Of a stretch of DNA of 64,000 nucleotides, positions 21,278-31,097 are shown piece by piece (the first letter of the stretch is position 1; every line of letters begins with the position of its first letter). Below the pieces are notes generated by a model. It had not been told where the DNA came from. It ran no database searches and saw only the letters and a program-made list of their open reading frames with translations. Made by a program: the position numbers and the translations under genes. Origin of the DNA: Geopsychrobacteraceae bacterium (GTDB lineage Bacteria > Desulfobacterota > Desulfuromonadia > Desulfuromonadales > Geopsychrobacteraceae); NCBI GenBank assembly GCA_963676795.2, contig CAXXTB010000002.1, positions 256,001 through 320,000 of the forward strand. Direction: 5' to 3'.

Positions 21278-23269
21278 ATGTCGTCACGGAATTTTTCTGA
21301 TCCTATCGTTCGCGAATCTATCGATACGATTCGTCTGTTATCTGCCGATGCTGTAGAAAAAGCACAATCCGGCCACCCTGGAACACCAATGGAAGCTGCG
21401 CCGATTGCCTACCTGCTTTTCAAGAAGCATATGCGCTATAACCCCGCCAACCCGGATTGGGCTGGACGGGACCGGTTTGTCCTGTCCTGCGGGCATGCCT
21501 CTGCACTGATCTATTCGATGCTGCACTTAAGTGGCTACGACCTGCCTCTTGATGAGATCAAAAATTTCCGTCAATTCGGCAGCAAAACCGCAGGTCACCC
21601 GGAATTCGGACATACTCCGGGCGTTGAAACGACCACCGGGCCATTGGGCCAGGGGGTTGCTGTTGCCGTTGGTATGGCAATGGGTGGACAGTTCCTCAAT
21701 CAGCATGTCGATGCCGAACTCTTTGATTACCGTACCTGGGTTATCTGTTCGGACGGTGACCTGATGGAAGGTGTCTCGGCTGAAGCGGCCTCTCTGGCTG
21801 GTCACCTCAAGCTTGGACAGCTCAATTATCTCTACCTGGACAACAAGATCACTATCGAAGGGGATACCGCGCTGGCCTTTAGCGAAGATGTCGGCGCCCG
21901 TTACCTGGCTTGTGGCTGGCATGTCGAGCGCGTTGAAGGGGAAAATCTCGATGAGATCGATGCGGCCATGGAGCGTGCCAAGAACGATCCCCGGCCATCG
22001 CTGATCATCGCCCGGACCCATATCGGCTTTGGTGCTCCGAACAAACAGGATACCGCCGGAGCTCATGGTTCTCCACTCGGTGGATCAGAGCTGGGGCTGG
22101 CTAAAAAGTTCTTCGGTCGTGACGAAAATGAGAGCTTTGTGGTTTCACCAGAAGTCGCCGCACACATGGGCGAAGCCAAGGTCCGCGGTGCTGAGCTGGA
22201 AAAACAGTGGCAGCAGCTGCTGGACGCTAAAAAAGGCAGTGCCAAGGTCCAGACCTGGCTTATGGCCAGCAATGGAGATCTCCCTGAAGGCTGGGAAGAA
22301 GCACTGCCGGTTTTCAAGCCGGAGGATGGCGCCAAGGCCAGCCGTGTAGCCAGCGGCTTGGTTATTAACGCACTTGCTGAAAAGCTGCCGTTTCTGCTCG
22401 GTGGTTCGGCCGACCTCGGTCCTTCCAACAATACGACTATCAAGTCCGCAGGGTCCTGGCTTCCGGGCCAGAGTGACCGCAATATCCATTACGGAATTCG
22501 TGAGCATGCCATGGGCTCGATCATGAACGGTCTTTGTCACACCCCGGGCATCATTCCGTTCGGCGGAACCTTCTTTGTTTTCACTGACTATATGCGTCCG
22601 ACCATCCGGATGGCGGCCCTGATGGGTCTGGCTCCGATCTATGTCATGACCCACGATTCGATCGGCCTGGGTGAAGACGGCCCAACCCACCAGCCGGTCG
22701 AGCACCTGGCTTCTCTGCGGGCCATGCCGAATGTCACGGTCATTCGTCCGGCCGACGCCAATGAAACCAGTGAAGCCTGGCGCTCTGCGCTGCTCAATCG
22801 GCGGGGACCGACCGTACTGGTCCTGTCCCGTCAGAATCTGCCGACCTTCGATCGTGAGAAGTTCGAACCGGTCTGTGGCGCTCAACAGGGTGGTTACATC
22901 CTGGCCAAAGAGCAGGGCGAACTGCAGATGATTCTGATTGCGACTGGTTCCGAAGTTCAGCATGCTGTCAAGGTTCAGGAAACCCTGCAGGCTGAAGGTG
23001 TCGGTGTCCGGGTTGTGTCACTGCCGAGCTGGGAACTGTTCGAAGCCCAGTCTGCAGAGTATCGCGAGCAGGTTCTTCCTTCAGCCTGCGTCAAGCGGAT
23101 CTCCATGGAAACCGGCAGCTGCTTCGGCTGGGAACGTTATGTCGGGCCGCAGGGCATTATTATCGGCATGAACGGGTTCGGCGCCAGCGCACCGGCTGGT
23201 GAGCTGATGAAGCATTTCGGCTTCACCGCCGAAAACCTGCTGGAAAAAGCCAGGACTCTGCTCGGCTGA
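21278..23269 (+). CDS. tkt: Transketolase
   Basis: [38 protein letters not shown] before ATG 21278. Confidence 0.98.
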   Translation: MSSRNFSDPIVRESIDTIRLLSADAVEKAQSGHPGTPMEAAPIAYLLFKKHMRYNPANPDWAGRDRFVLSCGHASALIYSMLHLSGYDLPLDEIKNFRQFGSKTAGHPEFGHTPGVETTTGPLGQGVAVAVGMAMGGQFLNQHVDAELFDYRTWVICSDGDLMEGVSAEAASLAGHLKLGQLNYLYLDNKITIEGDTALAFSEDVGARYLACGWHVERVEGENLDEIDAAMERAKNDPRPSLIIARTHIGFGAPNKQDTAGAHGSPLGGSELGLAKKFFGRDENESFVVSPEVAAHMGEAKVRGAELEKQWQQLLDAKKGSAKVQTWLMASNGDLPEGWEEALPVFKPEDGAKASRVASGLVINALAEKLPFLLGGSADLGPSNNTTIKSAGSWLPGQSDRNIHYGIREHAMGSIMNGLCHTPGIIPFGGTFFVFTDYMRPTIRMAALMGLAPIYVMTHDSIGLGEDGPTHQPVEHLASLRAMPNVTVIRPADANETSEAWRSALLNRRGPTVLVLSRQNLPTFDREKFEPVCGAQQGGYILAKEQGELQMILIATGSEVQHAVKVQETLQAEGVGVRVVSLPSWELFEAQSAEYREQVLPSACVKRISMETGSCFGWERYVGPQGIIIGMNGFGASAPAGELMKHFGFTAENLLEKARTLLG

Positions 23270-23323
23270 TTCCCGAGATGAGAAGCTGATCGATGTAATT
23301 GTTCAGATATTTTGATGTAGTCC

Positions 23324-23362
23324 AAGGCAACCTGAGTATTCAGGTTGCCTTTTTATTTTTTT
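23324..23362 (+). terminator. Intrinsic terminator of tkt
   Basis: AAGGCAACCTGA/TCAGGTTGCCTT plus T run. Confidence 0.85.
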
Positions 23363-23548
23363 GGCTGCCTGGTTTAACTCCTTGCTCCGAAACAGGGCAG
23401 AGCCTATTTCATTTGTTATTCTTATATTATGAATCTGTTATTTCGGGTGCGACAGGACACTGCAAATGGCGAATGTTGATTCGCTTTTCGGGCCAATCCT
23501 GGAACCAATCTTTTGAAAGACTTTATTTTTCCGAATCGGAGTAATAAT

Positions 23549-23884
23549 ATGAGTGAAAAAAGAAGCTTTGGGCGACGCAAAAAACGTTTAAAAGTTCGTT
23601 TCGGGATTGAATATCCGCGCCGCGTGGCTTTTACCTGCGACGCTTCGGATCGGGGCATGCATATCCTGACCAGTCATCCGGAGCGTCCCGGAACAAAACT
23701 GTTGATAGAAATTGAACTGCCCACGGGTGGGTCTTCTGTGGCCTACGGCTATGTGCGCTGGGCCAAAAAGGTGCCGGCCAACCTGATGCGGGTTGCCGAC
23801 AAGGCCGGAATGGGTGTGCTCTTGACCAGCTTTATCTCTGGCGAACAGGCGTACTACGATTACCTGAAAAGTCTACATCACTGA
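23549..23884 (+). CDS. Stand-alone PilZ-domain protein
   Basis: EKRSFGRR, DASDRG, VRW...GMGV. Confidence 0.8.
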   Translation: MSEKRSFGRRKKRLKVRFGIEYPRRVAFTCDASDRGMHILTSHPERPGTKLLIEIELPTGGSSVAYGYVRWAKKVPANLMRVADKAGMGVLLTSFISGEQAYYDYLKSLHH

Positions 23885-23890
23885 TATTTC

Positions 23891-25306
23891 ATGAATAACT
23901 TGAATTTTATCCATCAGGAGCATCTTCCTGTTGTTGCTCCCGACCTGCTGGTTGTCCGTTGGGGGGATCGCCACTGGCAGATTCAGAACGCTTCCGAGCG
24001 ACTCTGTCGCTGGCTGTCGGCAGAACCTGGAGATCTCAAGGGGCGCAATCCGGACGCCGTCTTTTCCCAGGCCGTTCCACTGTTGACCGAACTGGCTGCT
24101 GATATTCTCAAGCACGGTCAGGATCTGGTCGGTATCAAGGTCAGGCTGGCCCCGTCCCTGGCCGAAATTCAGGCGGATATCCAGTTTGTCGGACTGACCG
24201 ACGATTACCTCGGCCAGATCGTGCGGATCGTCTTTCGCCAGGAGTCGATTGCCAGTCGCCAGGAAGTTTCCCTGGGGCGGCTGGTCGGGACCAGCCCGGC
24301 GATCCGGGAAGTCTTCCGCAAGATCAGGCTTTACGCCGCGTCCGATGCCGCAGTGATCATTACCGGTGAAACCGGAGCCGGCAAGGAACTGGTCGCCCAG
24401 GCGCTGCATGAAGAGAGCCTGCGTAAGGATAAGCCCTTTGCCGCGCTGAACTGTGCGGCGATCAGTGAACAGTTGCTCGAGTCGGAGCTATTCGGCCATG
24501 AGCGGGGTGCCTTTACCGGGGCGATCCGTGAGCACCGAGGCTACTTCGAGCGGGCCGACGGAGGAACACTGTTCCTCGACGAGCTTGGCGAGATGCCTCT
24601 CCATACCCAGGCCAAGCTGCTCAGGGTTCTGGAGGATGGTCGGGTTCAGCGGGTTGGCGGTGAGCGCAGTTATCAGGTCGATGTGCGGTTTATCGGTGCA
24701 ACCAATGTGGCGCTCGAACAGGCGGTGGCCGAAAAACGTTTTCGCGTCGATCTCTATCATCGTCTGGCTGTCCTGCGCATCCATATACCGCCGTTGCGTG
24801 AACGTCTCGACGATATTCCGCTGCTGGCCGATCGCTTCCTTCAGCAGTTCAACCAGCAGTATGGCAAGGGGATCAAACGTCTGACCGGCGAAGCTGTACG
24901 TATTCTGCAGGCCTACCTCTGGCCCGGAAACGTGCGTGAGTTGCGCAATGTTATCGAGCGGATCGTCGTTGAGAATGAAACCGAAGCGATTGGCGCCAGG
25001 GCTTTTTCCGAATGGATTCAGGAACGTCAGCAATTTGCCAAAACCACGTCCGTGATGAAGCCGCAGCGGGAGGACGAGCTGCCGGTGGCGCTTCCCTATC
25101 AGCACAATAATGACGCACTGGCTATTGATGCCTCGCCGGATCGCCGTTTTCACACTCGCGAACTTGATGAGGAGTCGATCCGTCAGGCGTACCGTCAGGC
25201 TGCTGGCAATCTTTCTGCCGCAGCTCGCCTTCTTGGGGTCCATCGTGCAACCCTCTATCGTCATCTGGAGCGCCTCGATATCGATCGAAACGACCTCGAA
25301 TTATAG
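23891..25306 (+). CDS. sigma54-dependent enhancer-binding protein with PAS-like N-terminus
   Basis: GETGAGKE, GAFTGA, WPGNVRELRN, C-terminal Fis-type HTH. Confidence 0.96.
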   Translation: MNNLNFIHQEHLPVVAPDLLVVRWGDRHWQIQNASERLCRWLSAEPGDLKGRNPDAVFSQAVPLLTELAADILKHGQDLVGIKVRLAPSLAEIQADIQFVGLTDDYLGQIVRIVFRQESIASRQEVSLGRLVGTSPAIREVFRKIRLYAASDAAVIITGETGAGKELVAQALHEESLRKDKPFAALNCAAISEQLLESELFGHERGAFTGAIREHRGYFERADGGTLFLDELGEMPLHTQAKLLRVLEDGRVQRVGGERSYQVDVRFIGATNVALEQAVAEKRFRVDLYHRLAVLRIHIPPLRERLDDIPLLADRFLQQFNQQYGKGIKRLTGEAVRILQAYLWPGNVRELRNVIERIVVENETEAIGARAFSEWIQERQQFAKTTSVMKPQREDELPVALPYQHNNDALAIDASPDRRFHTRELDEESIRQAYRQAAGNLSAAARLLGVHRATLYRHLERLDIDRNDLEL

Positions 25307-25350
25307 TCGCAACAGGGTGCGACATCTGCGACGTCGCACCCTGTTGCGAC
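25306..25350. promoter_or_regulatory. Paired palindromic sites, probable UAS for a sigma54 activator
   Basis: GTCGCA-N6-TGCGAC twice, the two 18-mers being exact inverted copies. Confidence 0.7.
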
Positions 25351-25453
25351 TCTGTCCCCTGCAACGTCGCGTTCTTCCCCTCCGTTTCCATCCCTTCTGC
25401 ACAATCCTTCTTTAAGTCCTTGAAAAAACGTAAAATCCTCTTTTTTTTCAGGT

Positions 25454-25470
25454 TTGGCATCCTCTTTGAA
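25454..25470 (+). promoter_or_regulatory. Putative sigma54 -24/-12 promoter for the hsp20 genes
   Basis: TTGGCAT-CCTCT-TTGAA; GG at -24, GA instead of GC at -12. Confidence 0.6.
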
Positions 25471-25538
25471 GTACTTCTGGTCAGAGATTACGCAGATCGT
25501 CAGATCGCCAACATAAAAAACAACAACAGGAGGACGCT

Positions 25539-25970
25539 ATGTTCGCACATCAATTTTTCAACGAAATGAATAGTTTTCAGCGTGAAATGGAACGTGTTTT
25601 AAGAGGCCAGGTGCCGGTAGGAAGAGCAGAGGCCGTCTTTGACAAAGTTCCTTTTAAGGTCTATCAGAACGCCGCTGGCTATGTCGCGGAGGCAGAACTG
25701 CCGAGGCTGGATCTGGAGAAGCTTGATATCAGCCTGCTTGGCAGACAGCTGAAGGTCTCCGGTGAAACCGTAGCTCCGGAGTTGCCCGAAGGCGCCAAGT
25801 GGGTTCGCCAGGAACGCCGGTCAGGTCGCTTCGAGCAGAGCTTCCGGTTGCCTCAGGATCTCGACTCCGACAGGATCGCGGCAGAGTATAAACAGGGTAT
25901 TCTGAAAATCACCCTGCCCAAAGCTGAAGCGGCAAAGCCGAAGAAGATCGAACTTAAAGTGAACGAATAA
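25539..25970 (+). CDS. Hsp20/alpha-crystallin small heat shock protein
   Basis: ERRSGRFEQSFRLP, AEYKQGILKITLPK. Confidence 0.93.
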   Translation: MFAHQFFNEMNSFQREMERVLRGQVPVGRAEAVFDKVPFKVYQNAAGYVAEAELPRLDLEKLDISLLGRQLKVSGETVAPELPEGAKWVRQERRSGRFEQSFRLPQDLDSDRIAAEYKQGILKITLPKAEAAKPKKIELKVNE

Positions 25971-26002
25971 TATATTATTTCCAGATATAAGGAGAGACAG
26001 TC

Positions 26003-26368
26003 ATGAGTGACAAACAGATGATGACTCAGGAAAACCAGGTTGCTGAAGAAACCAAGCCGCTGTTCTGGGCGACGCCACAGGTCGATATCTACGAAAGTCA
26101 GGAAGAGCTGGTGCTGATTGCCGATCTGCCGGGAGTAAACGAAACTGACCTGCAGCTTGAGGTTGAACGTGGCGTTCTGACCCTGGAGGCAACAGCTGCT
26201 CCGGCGGAAGATGGCAGGGCAAAAGGCTTTTACCGCCAGTTCAAGCTTTCGGATCAGATCAATGGGGATGCCGGCAATGCCTCTTTGCAGGATGGGGTGC
26301 TGACACTGCGCCTGCCGAAGGCCGAGGAGGCCAAGCCGAAAAAAATCGCTGTCAAAACTATCCACTGA
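26003..26368 (+). CDS. Hsp20/alpha-crystallin small heat shock protein
   Basis: PQVDIYE, ADLPGV, DGVLTLRLPK. Confidence 0.93.
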   Translation: MSDKQMMTQENQVAEETKPLFWATPQVDIYESQEELVLIADLPGVNETDLQLEVERGVLTLEATAAPAEDGRAKGFYRQFKLSDQINGDAGNASLQDGVLTLRLPKAEEAKPKKIAVKTIH

Positions 26369-26556
26369 CAGTCGCCGGACAAAAGCCAGGGTCTGACAGC
26401 CCTGGCTTTGTTATGCGTACAGAAGTCAGCGAATCCTGAGCTATACTTAAAAGGCAGAGTCGGAGCTGCTTTGACAGCAGCACATTTCTCTGCCGTTCGT
26501 CCACGGATTCAGGCTAAATGAGAAGAGGGTCAAACAAACAATGAAGGAGAAAGAGA

Positions 26557-29166
26557 ATGATTGACATCAACCGGACAACCCAGAAGGTGCAGGAAGCTCT
26601 CCAGGGAGCCCAGGCGCAGGCCTTGCGCCTCGGGCATGCGGAGATCGATGGCGAGCACCTGTTGCTGGCGCTCTGTGAGCAGGAAGATGGCCTGACGCCG
26701 CGTCTGCTGCAGAAGATGGGCGTTGCGGCCGATGCCCTGGCGTCCGGATTGCGCAAGGACCTCGACGGGCGCGCCAAGGTTTCCGGACCGGGAGCGCAGA
26801 GCGGCCAGGTCTACGCCAACAGAAGGCTCAGTAACCTGTTGCTGCAGGCCGAAAACGAGGCCAGGCAGCTCAAGGATGAATATATCAGTGTCGAGCACCT
26901 GCTGCTCGCTGCTGTCGATGAAGGGGAAAGGACTGTTGCCGGTCGACTGTTCAAAAAACTGGGAGTCGATCGCGCCAAGCTGCTTCAGGCCCTCAACCAG
27001 GTGCGCGGTAATCAGCGGGTGACCAGCAACGATCCGGAGTCGACCTATGAAGCCCTGGCCAAGTACGGCCGGGACCTGGTCGAAGAGGTCAAGAGCGGCA
27101 AGCTCGATCCGGTCATCGGCCGTGACGAAGAAATCCGTCGGGTCATCCGTATCCTCTCACGTAAAACCAAGAATAACCCGGTCTTGATCGGCGAACCGGG
27201 GGTCGGAAAAACGGCGATCGTCGAAGGGCTGGCCCACCGTATCGTGCGTGGCGATGTTCCCGAGGGGCTCAAAGGGAAGACGGTGTTCTCCCTCGATATG
27301 GGAGCGCTGGTCGCCGGGGCCAAGTATCGCGGTGAATTCGAGGAGCGCCTCAAGGCAGTTCTCAAGGAGATTCATGAAAGTCAGGGGCGGATTCTGCTGT
27401 TTATCGATGAGCTGCATACCATCGTCGGGACCGGCAAGAGCGAAGGGGCGATCGATGCCGGCAATATGCTCAAGCCGATGCTCGCGCGCGGTGAGCTGCA
27501 CTGTATCGGGGCCACGACCCTCGACGAGTATCGCCAGTACCTGGAAAAGGATCCAGCGCTCGAGCGGCGTTTTCAGCCGGTCATGGTCGATCAGCCAAAC
27601 GTCGAAGCGACGATCAGTATCCTGCGCGGTCTGAAAGAACGTTTTGAGGTCTATCACGGCGTGCGGATTCACGACAATGCTCTGGTTGCTGCGGCAGAAC
27701 TGAGTCATCGCTATATCGCGGATCGCTTTCTGCCGGACAAGGCGATCGATCTGGTCGATGAGGCCTGCGCGACGATCCGCACCGAGATCGATTCGATGCC
27801 GGCTGAGCTGGACGCGATTACCCGGCGGATGATGCAGCTGGAGATCGAGGAGGCGGCGCTGAAGAAGGAGACCGATTCCGCCAGTCGTGAACGGCTCAAG
27901 CTGCTGCAGAAAGAGCTGGCCGATATCAAGGAGCAGGAACGTACCCTGGCCGCTCAGTGGCAGCTGGAAAAGGGGGGGATCCGTGGTGTCCAGCAGCTGC
28001 GCGAGGAGATCGAGCAGGTCAAACTGGCGATCGCAGAAGCTGAACGCAGCTACGATCTCAATCGTGCCGCAGAATTGAAGCACGGCAAGCTGCCCGAACT
28101 GGAAAAGCAGTTGCACAGCCAGGAGCACGCATTGGAAGCGACCGATACGGAGAACAAGCTGTTGCGTGAGGAGGTCACCGAGGAGGAGATCTCCGAGATC
28201 GTTTCGCGCTGGACCGGGATTCCGGTGACCCGGCTGATCGAAGCAGAGCGGGACAAGCTGCTCAAACTGGACCAGATCCTTCATCAGCGGGTGATCGGCC
28301 AGAATGAAGCGGTCGAACGGGTTGCCGATGCCGTGATCCGGGCCCGGGCGGGGATCAAGGATCCCAAGCGGCCGATCGGTTCCTTCATCTTTCTCGGCCC
28401 GACCGGGGTCGGCAAGACCGAGCTGGCCAGAACCCTGGCCGAAGCCCTGTTCGACAGTGAAGAGAACATGGTCCGTATCGACATGTCGGAATATATGGAG
28501 AAACACTCGGTCAGCCGCCTGATCGGAGCGCCTCCAGGCTATGTCGGTTACGAGGAAGGGGGGCAGCTGACCGAAGCGGTTCGGCGCAAGCCTTACTCGG
28601 TCATCCTCTTTGATGAGATTGAAAAGGCCCATCCCGATGTTTTCAACGTGCTGCTTCAGGTTCTCGACGATGGGCGGGTGACCGATTCCAAGGGACGGAC
28701 GGTCAGCTTCAAGAACGCGGTTATCATCATGACCTCGAATATCGCGTCGCAGTATCTGATCGAGGGGATCAGGGACGGTGAGATACCGCCCGAGGTCGAA
28801 GCCCAGGTTGAACTGGCTCTGCGCCAGAGTTTCAGGCCGGAATTTTTGAACCGGGTTGACGATATTGTTATCTTCAAGCCGCTGAGCAGAGAGGAGATCC
28901 GTCGTATCGTCCTGCTCCTGGTCCGGGAGCTGGGGCAGCGGCTCAGCGAGCGGAGAATCGAGCTCGAATTGTCCGCAGCGGCCAGCGATTTCATTGCCGA
29001 ACATGCCTACGATCCGGTTTACGGGGCCCGTCCGCTGAAACGCTATATTCAGCATCAGCTTGAGACCCGGGTCGGCCGGGCGTTGATTGCCGGTGAGATT
29101 GTGGAAGGCGATAAGATTCTGGTCGGTGTCTCAGACGGAGCGTTGGCAGTGGAGAAGAAAAAATAA
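26557..29166 (+). CDS. clpB: ATP-dependent disaggregase ClpB
   Basis: Two Walker A motifs ([16 protein letters not shown]), long middle coiled coil, GYVGYEEGG. Confidence 0.97.
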   Translation: MIDINRTTQKVQEALQGAQAQALRLGHAEIDGEHLLLALCEQEDGLTPRLLQKMGVAADALASGLRKDLDGRAKVSGPGAQSGQVYANRRLSNLLLQAENEARQLKDEYISVEHLLLAAVDEGERTVAGRLFKKLGVDRAKLLQALNQVRGNQRVTSNDPESTYEALAKYGRDLVEEVKSGKLDPVIGRDEEIRRVIRILSRKTKNNPVLIGEPGVGKTAIVEGLAHRIVRGDVPEGLKGKTVFSLDMGALVAGAKYRGEFEERLKAVLKEIHESQGRILLFIDELHTIVGTGKSEGAIDAGNMLKPMLARGELHCIGATTLDEYRQYLEKDPALERRFQPVMVDQPNVEATISILRGLKERFEVYHGVRIHDNALVAAAELSHRYIADRFLPDKAIDLVDEACATIRTEIDSMPAELDAITRRMMQLEIEEAALKKETDSASRERLKLLQKELADIKEQERTLAAQWQLEKGGIRGVQQLREEIEQVKLAIAEAERSYDLNRAAELKHGKLPELEKQLHSQEHALEATDTENKLLREEVTEEEISEIVSRWTGIPVTRLIEAERDKLLKLDQILHQRVIGQNEAVERVADAVIRARAGIKDPKRPIGSFIFLGPTGVGKTELARTLAEALFDSEENMVRIDMSEYMEKHSVSRLIGAPPGYVGYEEGGQLTEAVRRKPYSVILFDEIEKAHPDVFNVLLQVLDDGRVTDSKGRTVSFKNAVIIMTSNIASQYLIEGIRDGEIPPEVEAQVELALRQSFRPEFLNRVDDIVIFKPLSREEIRRIVLLLVRELGQRLSERRIELELSAAASDFIAEHAYDPVYGARPLKRYIQHQLETRVGRALIAGEIVEGDKILVGVSDGALAVEKKK

Positions 29167-29272
29167 CTTTTTTTGTAATAAATTGAAAAAAAGCTTGCTC
29201 TCCGTGCACGATTCTGTATAGTTTACTTAAAAGGTAACAATTAACCGATAAACCTAGATATGGAGAAACCTC

Positions 29273-29548
29273 ATGCGTATTGATATCGTTTGTAAGCCAG
29301 GTAATCCTGAAGGTTGTAGAGATACTATAGATAACGTTCGCTTGGCACTTGATAAGCTGGGTGTCGAAGCTGAGGTACATCAGTTTTCTGACAAGCGCAA
29401 GATGATTGATAACCGTATTTATGTCGTACCTGCGCTGATGATTGATGATCAGGTCCGGATTGCCGGGCGTGTTCCCGATGTCGACGAGATTGTCAACTTC
29501 CTGGTCGAACGTCCTCGTTACCTCAAAGGCGTGGCAGAAGTCGCATAA
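29273..29548 (+). CDS. Small thioredoxin-fold protein (MTH895-like)
   Basis: VPALMIDDQVRIAGRVP; the cysteines are spaced CKPGNPEGC rather than CxxC. Confidence 0.7.
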   Translation: MRIDIVCKPGNPEGCRDTIDNVRLALDKLGVEAEVHQFSDKRKMIDNRIYVVPALMIDDQVRIAGRVPDVDEIVNFLVERPRYLKGVAEVA

Positions 29549-29570
29549 TCAGTCAGTCCATCACCAGAAA

Positions 29571-29608
29571 GTAAAGGCTCCCGGTGTCACTCGGGAGCCT
29601 TTACTTTT
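29571..29608 (+). terminator. Intrinsic terminator
   Basis: GTAAAGGCTCCCG/CGGGAGCCTTTAC followed by TTTT. Confidence 0.75.
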
Positions 29609-29719
29609 ACATATCTATAAGCTACCCTTAATCTTGCAACGTTAAACCTGAATCAGTGAATGGTGCGCCGGGGCTTGCCGCCCGTCCACGGATCCAGGCA
29701 AATGTGAGGGAGCGATAAA

Positions 29720-31087
29720 ATGGCCAAAATTCTTCTGGTCGATGATGTCGATCTGTTTTTGGAACTGGAAAAGTCATATCTGGAAGGCTGTGGATATGAT
29801 CTGGTGACCGCGTCGTCCGGTGAAGAGGCTATCACGCGCCTTGAGAAGATCGCTCCCGATGTCCTGCTGATCGATTATTTCATGCCCGGAATCAATGGCG
29901 ACGAGGTCTGTCGGCGCCTGCGCGGCGATCCGCGCTGGAATCAACTGCCCATTCTGATGGTGACGGCTGCCGGGAAACCCGAAGAAGTTCAGAGTTGCCT
30001 CGATGCCGGTTGCGACGACTATATCACTAAACCGGTCAACAAGGTCGAGCTGCAGGAAAAGGTCAAAAGGCTGCTTGGCCAGGTCAGGCGCAGAACCTCT
30101 GAACGGGTTGCCGTCCGCCTGCCGATCCAGCTGCAGGACGGTGACACGGTTCAGGTGGCCGATGCTGTTGATATTTCCACCAACGGCATCCTGCTCAAAA
30201 CAAAATCCCCACTGGTTCTGAATTCGACGGTCGAACTGAAGCTGGAAGGTCCGGATGGCCAACCGCTGAGACTTTACGGCAAGATCAAACGGACAGCCGA
30301 ACGCTCTGAAGATGGTAGTGGTGTCTATTTTATCTATCCAGATCAGCAGAGCAAGCGCTTGGTCAGTGAGCTGGTCATGAGCAAGAAGGCCGATCAGATC
30401 GAAAAAAGGGATGTTGACGATCAGCTTAGCCGGCGGCTCTTATCGCTCGAAAAGGAATGTGAACGGCTTCGGGCGGAACAGGATGATGCCCTGCGCAGGA
30501 TCGGTGAGCTGGAACAGGAAAACCTTGATTTCGCCAACCAGCTTGTGCAGGTCGAAGAGGTCAATAACAACCTGACCAATCTTTACATCGCTTCGTCGCG
30601 TCTGCACTCGACCCTCGATCAATCGGAAACCCTTGAGATTATCAAAGAGGTTGTCATCAACTTCGTCGGGGCCGAGAAATTTGCCATCTTCCTCTACGAC
30701 AGTAGTGAGAAAGCGTTGCACTGCGAGACTGCGGAAGGGTTTGATGACGAGGACGATTTCGAAAAAATCCCGCTGGGCGAGGGGGTGATCGGTCAGGCGG
30801 CCGGACAGCGTGAGAACTACTTCAGCGAAGGGCAGGTCGGAACGGGGTCGGACGATATTTATGCGCCGATCGTCGCCATCCCGCTGATTATCCACGACAA
30901 GCTGATCGGGCTGCTGGCGGTTTACCGGCTGTTCATTCAGAAGGAACAGCTCGAGTCGATCGATTATCAGCTGTTTTCTATGCTCGGCGAACATGCTGCA
31001 ACGGCCCTGTTCTCATCGACCCTCTACAGTCGCTCGGAGCGCAAACGCCAGGCCTATCAGGGGGTGGTCGATCTGCTGCTGAAATAA
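29720..31087 (+). CDS. Response regulator, REC-PilZ-coiled coil-GAF
   Basis: ILLVDD..LLIDYFMPG..YITKP; RTSER/DISTNG; GAF-like GEGVIGQ..VAIPLI. Confidence 0.85.
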   Translation: MAKILLVDDVDLFLELEKSYLEGCGYDLVTASSGEEAITRLEKIAPDVLLIDYFMPGINGDEVCRRLRGDPRWNQLPILMVTAAGKPEEVQSCLDAGCDDYITKPVNKVELQEKVKRLLGQVRRRTSERVAVRLPIQLQDGDTVQVADAVDISTNGILLKTKSPLVLNSTVELKLEGPDGQPLRLYGKIKRTAERSEDGSGVYFIYPDQQSKRLVSELVMSKKADQIEKRDVDDQLSRRLLSLEKECERLRAEQDDALRRIGELEQENLDFANQLVQVEEVNNNLTNLYIASSRLHSTLDQSETLEIIKEVVINFVGAEKFAIFLYDSSEKALHCETAEGFDDEDDFEKIPLGEGVIGQAAGQRENYFSEGQVGTGSDDIYAPIVAIPLIIHDKLIGLLAVYRLFIQKEQLESIDYQLFSMLGEHAATALFSSTLYSRSERKRQAYQGVVDLLLK

Positions 31088-31097
31088 CCTGAAAAAC

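Noticed and set aside
27157..29055. 632-aa antisense ORF over clpB, and similar shadows over fliK-like, tkt, ftsK and the cytochrome
   Set aside because: Fully overlap well-supported genes; expected in GC-rich coding DNA
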